The notes under the pieces are model-generated. The model saw only the letters and a list, made by a program, of their open reading frames with translations. It did no database searches and was not told the DNA's origin. Positions 54,271 through 64,000 of a stretch of 64,000 bases of DNA are shown here, one piece after another (position 1 is the stretch's first letter; the number at the start of each line of letters is the position of its first letter). Origin of the DNA: Azolla caroliniana (taxonomy: Eukaryota; Plantae; Polypodiophyta); the NCBI GenBank assembly GCA_043228905.1, contig JBHGNT010000017.1, forward strand, positions 1-64,000, written 5' to 3'. The position numbers were made by a program, and so were the translations under genes.

Positions 54271-56306
54271 GGCATGGGATGTCTCTCCAATCCGATCCTC
54301 TTCCGGCATGCTTCCAGCTTGTCGGGTGTGAGCACCTTGGTCAGCATATCCGACCCGTTCTCGTCCGTGTGGATCTTCGTCAGCACGAACTCCTTGTCTT
54401 CTATCCTTTCCCGGATCCAGTGATATCTTCGCTGGATGTGCTTCGTCCGGGAGTGATAAGGCCGCGTTCTTCGCAAGATGGATTGCACTCTGACTGTCGC
54501 AGTAGAGTCGGTACTCCTCCTGCCGGATACCGAGCTCTCTAATGAAGTCCTTCATCCATATTATTTCCTTGCCGGCTTCAACAGCCGCCATGTACTCCGC
54601 CTCCGTGGTTGACAACGCAACCGTCTTCTGCAGCCTCGACTGCCATGAAACAGCTCCCCCTGCATACGTCATCACATACCCTGATGTGGACCGGCTGGTA
54701 TCTGCATCAGCCGACATATCCGAATCGGTGAAGCCGTCGAGTTCGGGCTTACCAGAGCCGAATCGGAGGCACACGTTTGCCGTGCCCTTCAGGTATCGGA
54801 GTATCCACTTGGCCGCGTTCCAATGCTCTTTGCCGGGATTGCTCATGTACCGGCTCACCACTCCGACTGCATATCCTATGTCCGGTCGGGTACACACCAT
54901 TGCGTACATCAAGCTCCCGACGGCAGAGGCATATGGTACTTTCATCATGTCCTCCTTCTCAGCCTTTGTCTTGGGGCTCTGCTTGCTGGACAGCTTGCAG
55001 TTTGCCGGGAGTGTTGACCCGACCGGTCTTGCTTCCGACATGTTAAACCGGTGAAGCACCTTTGTCACGTACTTCTCCTGTGACAGCCACAACTGCTTCT
55101 TCTTCGGTCCCGGATGATGTGCATCCCTAGTATTTGCCTCGCCGGACCCAGGTCCTTCATTGAGAAGGTTCGGTGAAGAGCCTTCTTCAGCATCCGTATC
55201 TTGACCTGGTCTCGTCCGACGATCAACATGTCGTCCACGTACAGGAGGAGTATTAGAAAGTCTCCTCCTTCGAACTTCTTCACAAACACGCAGTGATCGG
55301 ACTGCGTTTTGTGGTACCCTTCGTCTGTCATGAAGGAGTCGAACTTCCGGTACCATTGCCGGGGAGCCTGCTTCATACCGTAAAGGCTCTTCTTCAACCG
55401 GCATACCAGGTGCTCCTTCCCTTTCTTTTCGAATCCTTCCGGTTGCTGCATGTAGATCTCTTCTTCGAGGTCACCGTGAAGGAATGCCGTCTTCACGTCC
55501 ATCTGTTCTATCTCGAGGTCCATGCTTGCCGCTATGCTCAGCACCGTCCGGATGGAGGTCATCTTCACTACCGGGGCAAATATCTCGTCGAAGTCGACGC
55601 CCTTCTTCTGCTGAAACCCCTTCACCACGATCCTGGCTTTGTATCTCGGGGGGTTTCCGGCATCTCCCGGTTTCAGCTTGAACACCCACTTGTTACGGAG
55701 TGCCCGTTTTCCTTTCGGCAACTCCACAAGTTCATATGTGTGGTTCTCATGCAGGGAATCCATCTCCTCCTGCATGGCACTTAACCACCTGCGGCTATGG
55801 GTGTCATGCTTCGCTTCTTCAAAGCTCTCCGGCTCCCCCTCGTCGGTTAGCAGCACGTGCTCTGGTTCCGGAAATCTCCGGGGAGCCCTTCTCTCTCTTA
55901 GAGGATATCTCCGTTCCGGAGCTTCGGTAACCGGTTCTTCCGATTCTTCTTCATCCGAATCCATTTCGGGATCGGGGCCGGTTCCGGTATCATTTTCATC
56001 TTCTTCGACCGGTTCTGTTTCTTCACCGTCTTCGGCCGGATCTTCGAGTGTTAACCGGTCCCTTGCCGGTCGGGACTGCTCCTCGTAGAGTTTATCCTCA
56101 CCGGTCGACTTGGAGCTCTTCATCTTCTTCTCCGACTCCCAGTCGGCGAGTGTCTTGTTCTCCATGAAGATGATATCACGACTCCGGAATATCTTCTTGT
56201 CGACCGGGTCCCATACTCGGTAGCCGAACTCGTCATCGCCGTAACCGAGGAATATGCATGGCCGGGTCTTTGGATCTAGCTTTCCTCTCCGGTCCTTTGC
56301 CACATG
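54264..56306 (-). pseudogene. pol: 3' part of outer gag-pol: integrase C-terminus, reverse transcriptase and RNase H, with two frameshifts
   Basis: Three frames join: 55065..56339 (KLDPK...EFGYRVWD, QMDVKTAFLHG, LYVDD), 54166..55404 (LWLSQEKY...TEAEY...DSQSAIHLAKN) and 54264..54488 (YHSRTKHI...SDMLTK). There is a -1 shift near 55105 and a +1 shift near 54458. Confidence 0.93.
56302..56306. other. Left target-site duplication ACATG of the nested element
   Basis: The same 5-mer is at 61772-61776. Removing the insert restores the outer integrase ...AYVHVAKDRRGKLD. Confidence 0.95.
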
Positions 56307-56594
56307 TGTCGAATACATGTGTATAATGGACGTATTCACACTATCCCGTTTTGGCCATTTATGTAATTAGCATAAAGGGCAGTTGCCCTAAGTCGGTCCC
56401 TATATATAGTGACCTTGTAACCTCTTTGTGGGGTTGGTTTTGTTGTATTCTTGTTTATGAAATAAAGACTCTTTTGTGCCCCTCTCTCTCTCTCTCTCTC
56501 TCTCTGTGCAACGACCTACAAACAGTCATACGCAGTTACAGAGAAGAAACGAATGCTTCTTGATCTTCCGCAAAGACGACCTTCATATCCAACA
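56307..56594 (+). repeat. 5' LTR of the nested element (288 bp, TGTCGA...CCAACA)
   Basis: Direct repeat of 61484-61771. Contains TATATATA, AATAAA (56461) and (CT)12 at 56482-56505. Confidence 0.97.
56401..56408 (+). promoter_or_regulatory. Putative TATA box of the nested element LTR
   Basis: CCCTATATATAG lies ~95 bp into the LTR and upstream of AATAAA, the usual U3 arrangement. Confidence 0.65.
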
Positions 56595-56596
56595 TC

Positions 56597-56608
56597 TGGT
56601 ATCAGAGC
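56597..56608 (+). other. Primer-binding site (initiator Met-tRNA), TGGTATCAGAGC
   Basis: Canonical plant PBS 2 nt after the LTR-terminal CA. Confidence 0.96.
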
Positions 56609-57276
56609 GAAGTTCGGCCGTCATCACCGACTGCACAGCATTCGGTTCTTCACTTCATCACGGCCTGCACAGTATTCGCGTCATTCGAAGAAAGAGAGAA
56701 GAAGAAGAAAAACCAGGTTTGCATCTCATCGCGTTAGATCATTCTTGCTTGGAGTAAGCCAACAGGTTGTACTCTGTCCTCCGAGATCGTAACCGCTTGA
56801 GGTGAAATTCCCCTTGTGAAACATTGACACGATCGTGCTCCACTCGGTTAAACGGCATCCGAAGAGGTCATCAATCGCCGCTCGTTGTAACCACTCGGTG
56901 CAGATCGGTCTTAAGACAACAACCCCAAATTCGTGCTTCTTCTGGCTGATCGACATTCGAAAAGATCAGTTGGATCCATCCCTCTCGTCGCTGCAGCCAC
57001 CCGAAGCAGAATCGGTCCAGATAATCGGTTTTAATAATCGGTATTCGGCATATATATCCGAAGCGAACCGGACTCACTCCGACTCGGTAACATTCGGGAA
57101 GACCAGTCGGTTCTGTCCCTCCAGCTACCGGAGTCAATTTGAGCAAGTTCAACAAGAAGCCGAACCGACTCGGATTCAAATCCGACTAGAACGATATCGG
57201 GTGAGCCAACCGGCTGCACTCCAACAAGGTTCGTAGTCAACTTCGAACCGAGCTTAGTCAACCGAAACCGAATTTG

Positions 57277-60200
57277 ATGGCATCAACATCCGGCTCGTCA
57301 GAAATGAGTCTACGCAAGTTCGATGGATCGAACTTCAACTTCTGGAAGGAACAAATGCAGGACTATCTCATAGTCAAGGGGCAAATCGATCCCATCGAAA
57401 ATGAAGAACCTCCAGAAGGATACAAACCAATTGAGTGGCAGAAGCTGGACAGAATCGTCCGCGCCACGATTCGGATGCACCTATCGGAATCGGTATACTT
57501 TACGGTGCAATCGTGTACGACAGCATTCGAACTGTGGAAAACACTGTCGGACACTTACGAAAAGAAGGTCGCCGCAACGAAGATGTTTCTGATCCGGCGC
57601 CTCTACAACTTGCGGATGAAAGAATCCGATTCGGTTCAAGCACACCTCAATGAGTACGAAAGCATAAGCTCCCAAATCTCGTCACAGGGAACGGCAATCG
57701 AGGATGAACTCAGAGCAATGATACTCATGAGCAGCCTTCCCTCATCATGGGAAACTTTCGTCACAACCGTGTGCAACGCGTCAACCACGGCTGTTAAATA
57801 CTCCGAAGTCACGAGCGCAATCCTGACCGAAGCAGCTCGGAGAAAGTCTTTCGCCAAAGACTCAACAGACGACGCTTACGTAGTACAAGGTTCGACAGAC
57901 CGATCGAACATACGAGGAAGAGATTCCTCACGACCGCCGAACAATCAGCGAAGACGGAGCCAGTCACGGGACAACCGAATCTGCAACTATTGCAAGAAAC
58001 CCGGACACATCAAAGCCGACTGCCGCGCACTCAAGAACAAGAACAACAAGAAGAGCGGCCGGCATGAGGAGATCAATTACGTCAGCTTCTCAGCTGATGT
58101 GCTACCGGACGACCCGAACATACTATCAATCGAAAATCCAGTCGGCTCAGAAGTTCTGCTCACGACTGAAGAATCGAGCACATGGCTCTTGGATTCGGGC
58201 GCGTCATTTCATGTGACTCCTCATCGGTCCCAATTTCGGCAATATACGATCCGTCACTCCGACTCAGTTCGGGTCGGCAACTCACAACACTGTGACATCA
58301 TCGGAATCGGCACAGTAGAGCTCAACCTTGCAGGTGGCTCTACACTTGTACTCCACAATGTCCGACATGTACCCGAGCTCTCAAGGCCATTGATCTCAGT
58401 CGGACAACTAGATGAAGACGGCATTCGTGCCGGTTTTTCTTCGGGAGGGTGGACACTCCACAGGGGGAACCTCCTGCTTGCTAGAGGACCCAAGATACAC
58501 TCACTGTATCCGTTACATGTTACGCTCAGAGAGGGTAACCTGTTTTTGGTGGACATTCCTGTGTCATCACTATGGCACCGAAGATTAGGACACCTCAGCA
58601 AGGCCGGCATCACGCACCTATCTAGAGCCGGATACATCCCCAAACTCTCCTTCTCGGACCATCAATTCTGCGAGCATTGTCAGTATGGCAAACAAGCAGC
58701 CACATCACACCCGACATCAGCACCAAGAGAAACAAGACCTCTCGATTTAGTCCATTCGGACGTCTGTGGCCCAATGCCGCATCAGTCTCTAGGCGGTGCA
58801 TCTTACTTCGTCACTTTTATTGACGATTCGACTCGAAAGGTGTGGGCTTATCCAATTCGCACAAAAGATCGTGTCTTCTCGATCTTCACCGATTGGCTCG
58901 CTATGGTAGAAAATCAAACCGACCGAAAGCTGAAATGCCTTCGGACCGATAATGGGGGAGAGTTCAAATCCGACGAATTCGTCAAATTCTGCCGACAACG
59001 CGGCATCCGACGTGAATTTACGGCACCACACAGTCCGGAGCAAAACGGGATTGCAGAACGAATGAATCGGACAATCCAAGAACGGATAGTTTCCATGCTC
59101 CAACACTCCCGACTGTCGGATGGCTTCTGGGCAGAGGCTCTACTCACGGCAGTACACATAATCAACATGTCGCCAAGTAGACCTCTAGGACTTCAAATTC
59201 CTCAGGAACTATGGATCGGTAGTAAGCCGAATTACGACAAGCTGAGGATCTTCGGATGCGAGGCGTACGCCCTCATTCCGAAAGATGATCGCCGAAAACT
59301 TGCACCTCGGTCCAGGAAATGCATTTTCCTTGGATATGGATCAGACGGCGAAATGGGATACCGACTCTGGGACCCCGAACGCAGACAAATCGTTCGAAGT
59401 TCGGACGTTGTGTTCAACGAGTCGGCTATGAACCCATCAGTCGAAAAATCGATCGAAGTCCGAAGGGTAACATTTTCCGATGTGCCGACCCTTCAAGAAG
59501 GCCCTGCTCTCAACACACGGTCAGCTTCACGGGTAGCTGAACCTTACACCACCGACTCGGACAACTCCGACTCGGCACAGCAGAACAATCCGCTTTCGGA
59601 CCATCCGACCTCGATACCCGATGCGACCGGTACAATCATACCTCGACGATCCGAGAGACTGTCGCAACCTCCGGAGAGGTACTCTCCTGGAATTTTCTTC
59701 ACCGACGCCGGCGAACCAACGTCTTACGAAGAAGCATCGACATCTGTCGATTCCGCCACCTGGCATCTGGCGATGGAGTCGGAAATGCACTCCATCCGGG
59801 CAAACAAGACTTGGGATCTGGTCGAATTACCCAGGAACCGACGTGCTCTTCCTTGCAAGTGGGTTTATCGACTAAAAGAGACGTCTGACTCGGCCACCCC
59901 AAAGTACAAGGCCAGATTAGTTGCGAAGGGCTTCCGACAAGAATATGGCGTCGACTTCGACGAGATTTTTTCACCAGTGGTGAAAATGACAACCCTTCGT
60001 TTTCTGCTCGGCGTAGTGGCAGCCGACAACTTGGAGCTGATTCAGCTAGATGTCAAAACAGCATTCCTCCATGGTGATCTCGAGGAAGAAATTTACATGG
60101 AGCAGCCAAAAGGCTTCGTGGCACCTGGCCAAGAACATCTAGTCTGCCGACTCAGGAAGAGTCTATACGGCCTCAAACAGGCACCGCGACAATGGTACAA

Positions 60201-61290
60201 GAAGTTCGACGACTTCATCCAATCGATCGGCTTCTTAAAAAGCGATGAGGACCATTGTCTCTTCACCAACACAGCTCAAGATGGTTCACCCATCTTCCTC
60301 ATCATCTACGTGGACGACATGCTACTTTCTGGACGCCACGCGGGCGAACTTGCCGATCTCGTTCGGCAACTGCGGTTGAAGTTTGCAATGAAGGACCTCG
60401 GTCCGGCACGACACATACTCGGCATGAAGATTAGTCGGCATCGCGATAAACGACATCTTTTTTTGTCTCAGACCGACTACATCGGACGTGTCTTAGAACG
60501 CTTCAACATGCAATCAGCCAAATCTGCTTCAACCCCGCTCCCCATGAATCTTCGGCTCTCTCAGCGAGACTGTCCGACATCCGGCCCGGAGGGGGAAGAT
60601 ATGAAGTCGGTACCGTATGCACCGGCAGTCGGCTCCCTTATGTACCTGATGGTCGCGACACGGCCTGATATTTCTCATGCCGTAGGAGTCGTTAGCAGAT
60701 TTATGCACAACCCTGGCCGATCGCATTGGAACGCAGTCAAGCATGTGTTCAGATATCTGGCTGGCACAAAAGACCACGGCATTCTTTTCGGTCCGAACCG
60801 AACCTCAGGCGTAGTCGGTTACACCGACTCGGACTTCGCCGGCTGTATAGACAGTCGGAAATCAACAACCGGATACTGCTTCAAGTTCGGCAATGGAGCA
60901 ATCTCGTGGAAGTCGAAACTTCAAGAGTGCACAGCGACCTCAACGACCGAAGCAGAATATGTAGCTGCGTCCGACGCAGCAAAAGAAGCTTTGTGGCTCG
61001 GTCGGCTGGCGCACACGTTTCGACAAGTCAACCATGACTCGGCTCCAGTTGTCTACAGCGACAGTCAAGGTGCTGTTGCCCTGTCGAAAAATCCGGTTCA
61101 CCACAACGCCTCCAAGCATATCGACGTTCGATATCACTTCGTTCGGGACTGCGTCATTTCAGGGAAAATCGGTCTAGAGAAAATATCCACAACCGACAAT
61201 GTCGCAGATGGAATGACCAAGTGTCTTTCGGCAGACCGCTTTCGGTCTCTTCGGCATCAGATGGGCGTAACGACAAACCAGTCCGGTTAG
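57277..61290 (+). CDS. gag-pol: Gag-Pol polyprotein (1337 aa) of the nested copia element
   Basis: ATG at 57277 (the ORF track starts one codon earlier at TTG). Motifs: Gag LIRRLYNLRM, zinc knuckle CNYCKKPGHIKADC, protease LLDSGAS, integrase WHRRLGH..CEHC and HSD/TDNGGE/AERMN, RT QLDVKTAFLHG/YVDD, RNase H TDSD/TEAEY/DSQGA/ADGMTK. Confidence 0.97.
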   Translation: MASTSGSSEMSLRKFDGSNFNFWKEQMQDYLIVKGQIDPIENEEPPEGYKPIEWQKLDRIVRATIRMHLSESVYFTVQSCTTAFELWKTLSDTYEKKVAATKMFLIRRLYNLRMKESDSVQAHLNEYESISSQISSQGTAIEDELRAMILMSSLPSSWETFVTTVCNASTTAVKYSEVTSAILTEAARRKSFAKDSTDDAYVVQGSTDRSNIRGRDSSRPPNNQRRRSQSRDNRICNYCKKPGHIKADCRALKNKNNKKSGRHEEINYVSFSADVLPDDPNILSIENPVGSEVLLTTEESSTWLLDSGASFHVTPHRSQFRQYTIRHSDSVRVGNSQHCDIIGIGTVELNLAGGSTLVLHNVRHVPELSRPLISVGQLDEDGIRAGFSSGGWTLHRGNLLLARGPKIHSLYPLHVTLREGNLFLVDIPVSSLWHRRLGHLSKAGITHLSRAGYIPKLSFSDHQFCEHCQYGKQAATSHPTSAPRETRPLDLVHSDVCGPMPHQSLGGASYFVTFIDDSTRKVWAYPIRTKDRVFSIFTDWLAMVENQTDRKLKCLRTDNGGEFKSDEFVKFCRQRGIRREFTAPHSPEQNGIAERMNRTIQERIVSMLQHSRLSDGFWAEALLTAVHIINMSPSRPLGLQIPQELWIGSKPNYDKLRIFGCEAYALIPKDDRRKLAPRSRKCIFLGYGSDGEMGYRLWDPERRQIVRSSDVVFNESAMNPSVEKSIEVRRVTFSDVPTLQEGPALNTRSASRVAEPYTTDSDNSDSAQQNNPLSDHPTSIPDATGTIIPRRSERLSQPPERYSPGIFFTDAGEPTSYEEASTSVDSATWHLAMESEMHSIRANKTWDLVELPRNRRALPCKWVYRLKETSDSATPKYKARLVAKGFRQEYGVDFDEIFSPVVKMTTLRFLLGVVAADNLELIQLDVKTAFLHGDLEEEIYMEQPKGFVAPGQEHLVCRLRKSLYGLKQAPRQWYKKFDDFIQSIGFLKSDEDHCLFTNTAQDGSPIFLIIYVDDMLLSGRHAGELADLVRQLRLKFAMKDLGPARHILGMKISRHRDKRHLFLSQTDYIGRVLERFNMQSAKSASTPLPMNLRLSQRDCPTSGPEGEDMKSVPYAPAVGSLMYLMVATRPDISHAVGVVSRFMHNPGRSHWNAVKHVFRYLAGTKDHGILFGPNRTSGVVGYTDSDFAGCIDSRKSTTGYCFKFGNGAISWKSKLQECTATSTTEAEYVAASDAAKEALWLGRLAHTFRQVNHDSAPVVYSDSQGAVALSKNPVHHNASKHIDVRYHFVRDCVISGKIGLEKISTTDNVADGMTKCLSADRFRSLRHQMGVTTNQSG

Positions 61291-61474
61291 AGCCGGACAC
61301 AGCGCAGGATGGTTCTCGACAACCGACATCAGTTCCTTAATGATCGGCTTCAACTGTTCCGACCCGACCAGTTCGGTCTTCTGCCTTCGGACCCTGCCGA
61401 CTCGAACAAAGCTGATATGTCCGAGAACCTAAGTCTATACCTGTAATCTTAGATAACCCATGTATACGCCCATT

Positions 61475-61483
61475 ACGGGGGAG
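61475..61483 (+). other. Polypurine tract of the nested element (ACGGGGGAG)
   Basis: Directly abuts the TG of the 3' LTR. Confidence 0.85.
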
Positions 61484-61771
61484 TGTCGAATACATGTGTA
61501 TAATGGACGTATTCACACTATCCCGTTTTGGCCATTTATGTAATTAGCATAAAGGGCAGTTGCCCTAAGTCGGTCCCTATATATAGTGACCTTGTAACCT
61601 CTTTGTGGGGTTGGTTTTGTTGTATTCTTGTTTATGAAATAAAGACTCTTTTGTGCCCCTCTCTCTCTCTCTCTCTCTCTCTGTGCAACGACCTACAAAC
61701 AGTCATACGCAGTTACAGAGAAGAAACGAATGCTTCTTGATCTTCCGCAAAGACGACCTTCATATCCAACA
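61484..61771 (+). repeat. 3' LTR of the nested element (288 bp)
   Basis: Reads identical to 56307-56594, including (CT)12 at 61659-61682. Confidence 0.97.
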
Positions 61772-61776
61772 ACATG
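61772..61776. other. Right target-site duplication ACATG
   Basis: Matches 56302-56306. Confidence 0.95.
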
Positions 61777-63807
61777 CACGTATGCGAGACACCCGAACAC
61801 CTTCAGATGCCGCTAGGATACTTCCCTACCGGTCCACACTCTCTGCGGCGTGTCTCCGTCCAAAGGTACTGAGGGTGATCTGTTTATCACGTATGTCGCC
61901 GTTGACATCGCCTCAGCCCAAAACCCCTTGGGTAATTCCGCATGCGCCAGCATACTCCGGACCCTCTCCATTATGGTCCGGTTCATCCTCTCGGCCAGCC
62001 CGTTCAGTTTCGGCGTCTTCGGCACAGTAAACTCGAGCCGGATTCCCTTCGAGCGACAGTACTCCGCGAACTGCCCCCGGTATTCCCCTCCGTTATCCGC
62101 TCGTATCGCTTTCAGCTTCTTGCCGGATTCCCTTTCCACTCTCGCGTGGAGTTCTTTGAAGACGCACAACACTTGGTCCTTTGTCTTCAACGGTGCCGTC
62201 CACAGCTTCCGGCTGTGATCATCAATGAATGTTACGAAGTACTGGGCTCCGCCATGTGACTTCGTTTCTACCTGACACACATCAGTGTGCACCAACTCCA
62301 ATGGTGCGCTACGTCTCGTCGGTGGCCTTGAGTGGAAGGAGGTTCGGTTCTGCTTACCGGCCAGGCAATCGGTGCACTTCTCCAGGTGCACATGCTTCAC
62401 TGGAATAAGGTTGTCTTCTGCAAGCCTCTTCATCCCCTTCTCACTCATGTGGCACAGTCTCTTGTGCCACAGCTCACCGGCAGTGTCGGCCGCCACGTTC
62501 AACTCTTCCGGACACAACCAGGCATTCATAAGGTACAGTGTGTTGACTTTCCGGGCCCGAGCCACTATCAGGCTCCCCTTGCTGAACTTCATTACGCCGT
62601 TCCGGATGCTACCTATGTAGCCTTCATCGTCTAGCCTCCCGGCCGAAATCAGGTTCAATCGAACCTCCGGAACGTGTCGGACATCCTTCAGCAGCATTTT
62701 GCATCCGGTCGAGGTTGTCAACCACACGTCTCCTATGCCGGCAATCCGGCACGTACCTTCATTTCCCATCCGAACACAGCCATGCTCACCGACTGTGTAG
62801 GATGAGAAGTATCTTCTCTCCGGGGTCAGGTGGAACGATGCTCCGGAATCGACCACCCAGGTCGTCTCATCGCCGGCAATGTTTAGTTCACCTTCTTCGG
62901 TGATGAGCATGATTTCTTCCTCACTTGCCGCGAGTGCCGTCGTTCCTTTCCGGTCCTGCCCTCGCCGATCCGAACCTCTACGGTCCGTGGCTCCCCGGTA
63001 TGCACCGTTTCTCTCCGGTGACTTCTTCGAATCGGTGTCGTCGGCTCCGTTGTCCTTTCGGTAATGCCGACAATTCTTCCGGAAGTGCCCCGGCTTCCCA
63101 CAGTGGAAGCATGTGGGTCTTCCTCTTGACTGCGACCGGGTCCCCGACTTCTCCCGTCTTTGCGGACTCCGAATCCATTGTCTTCCCCGTTCCGATTCGG
63201 TAAGCAGCGCCTTCGAGTCGGAGGCCGGTTCTTTATCTCTCCGACGTGCTTCTTCGTTCAAAATACTTGTCTTTACCGTTTGTAGGGACAAGTTATCTTC
63301 CGTGCAGGAGGTGCTGAGAGTCACCACCAAGTTCTCCCAGCTTTCCGGCAATGTACACATCAGAATGATGGCTTGCATTGGATCCTCCAGCGGGAACTTG
63401 ATCGCCGCAAGCTGGTTCACGAATCCCATGAACGTGCTTACGTGTTCCACCATACTCTCGCCGTCCCGGTACTTGAGGTTCACTATCTTCCTCATCAGGG
63501 AGGTCCGGTTCAACGCATTCTTCCTCTCGTAGAGGCCCGACAGTTTCCGCCACATCTCATATGCGTTGATGTCGTTCGCCACATGTTGTAGAACGCTCAC
63601 GTCGACGTATTGCCGAATGGTTGCAACGGCTTTCCGGTTCAGAAGCCTCCATTCCGACTCAAGTACCCCCTTCGGTATTTCCGACCTGTCAATCGGTTCG
63701 TACAGGTCCCGAACAATCAGAAGATCCTCCATCTTGATCTTCCAGTCGGCGTAATTCTGCGCATTCAGCACCATCATCCCCGGCTGCCCGCTGCCGCCGC
63801 CTTCCAT
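61772..63807 (-). pseudogene. gag-pol: 5' part of outer gag-pol: Gag, zinc knuckle, protease and integrase core, with a premature TAG
   Basis: Likely ATG at 63807 (MEGGGSG...). Motifs: CFHCGKPGHFRKNC, VVDSGAS, WHKRLCH..CTDC, HTD/ADNGGE/AERMN. After the TAG at 61813-61815 the frame continues RHLKVFGCLAYVH up to the insertion. Confidence 0.93.
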
Positions 63808-63822
63808 TTTCTGCAGCAGCTC

Positions 63823-63834
63823 GCTCTGATACCA
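63823..63834 (-). other. Primer-binding site of the outer element (TGGTATCAGAGC, Met-tRNA)
   Basis: Plus strand GCTCTGATACCA lies 3 nt from the LTR end at 63838. Confidence 0.95.
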
Positions 63835-63837
63835 AAT

Positions 63838-64000
63838 TGATGGAAATAATCGACACTTTCCAAACCCTCTCGGCCACAACCAAGGAAACACACGAATCGT
63901 TGTTGCAGAAAATGGGAAATGCAAAAGTAAATAAGTGGACACACGATTTAACGTGGAAAACCCTGTACGGGAAAAACCACGGGAGTACACGACTCCGAAC
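63838..64000 (-). repeat. 5' LTR of the outer element (U5 end; partial)
   Basis: Matches 53654-53816 except at 63872, 63968 and 63990. Confidence 0.95.

Larger units (their letters stand above)
56307..61771 (+). mobile_element. Nested full-length Ty1/copia LTR retrotransposon (5465 bp), apparently intact and very young
   Basis: Two 288-bp TG...CA LTRs that read as identical, a Met-tRNA PBS, a PPT, a 5-bp TSD and one uninterrupted Gag-Pol ORF. Confidence 0.98.
53654..64000 (-). mobile_element. Outer Ty1/copia LTR retrotransposon (Tnt1/Tork-like), defective, interrupted by a nested element; 5' LTR truncated by the window end
   Basis: LTR sequence TGATGGAAATAATC... occurs at 53654 and 63838. 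PBS and PPT are on the minus strand. Domain order Gag-PR-IN-RT-RH is copia-type. The RNase H segment GGAVSWQSRLQKTVALSTTEAEY is Tnt1-like. Confidence 0.96.

Noticed and set aside
54440-55120. Programmed ribosomal frameshifting in the outer pol
   Set aside because: The shifts fall inside RT and RNase H rather than at the gag-pol boundary, with no slippery heptamer. They are better explained as mutations or sequencing errors.
62945-63005. DRRG-like peptide repeats after the outer Gag zinc knuckle
   Set aside because: This is a short degenerate expansion in a variable linker with no evidence of a distinct domain.
53646-63990. Numerous overlapping antisense and alternate-frame ORFs over both retrotransposons, and the N-terminal extension 63808-63990
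   Set aside because: These are shadow ORFs of GC-rich gag-pol sequence. The extension runs through the PBS and LTR from a non-ATG start.

Overview
Plant genomic DNA, judged from the TTTAGGG telomere repeats and the Tnt1/Tork-like copia elements; I cannot name the species. Bases 1-53653 are a head-to-tail array of about 300 copies of a 178-bp AT-rich satellite (centromeric or subtelomeric). The array is built from block duplications, mostly 9-12 monomers long plus one 34-mer of 6071 bp. Five monomers carry an identical 74-bp telomeric tract that replaces 51 bp of satellite, with 3-bp microhomologies at both junctions. This looks like a single telomere-sequence repair scar that was later amplified by satellite turnover. 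The array becomes more diverged over its last ~0.7 kb and is interrupted at 53654 by a minus-strand Ty1/copia LTR retrotransposon (600-bp LTR; one nonsense codon, two frameshifts; 5' LTR runs off the window). Nested antisense inside its integrase is a complete 5465-bp copia element (56307-61771) with identical 288-bp LTRs, an ACATG target-site duplication and an intact 1337-aa Gag-Pol. I found no host genes, RNA genes or CRISPR arrays.
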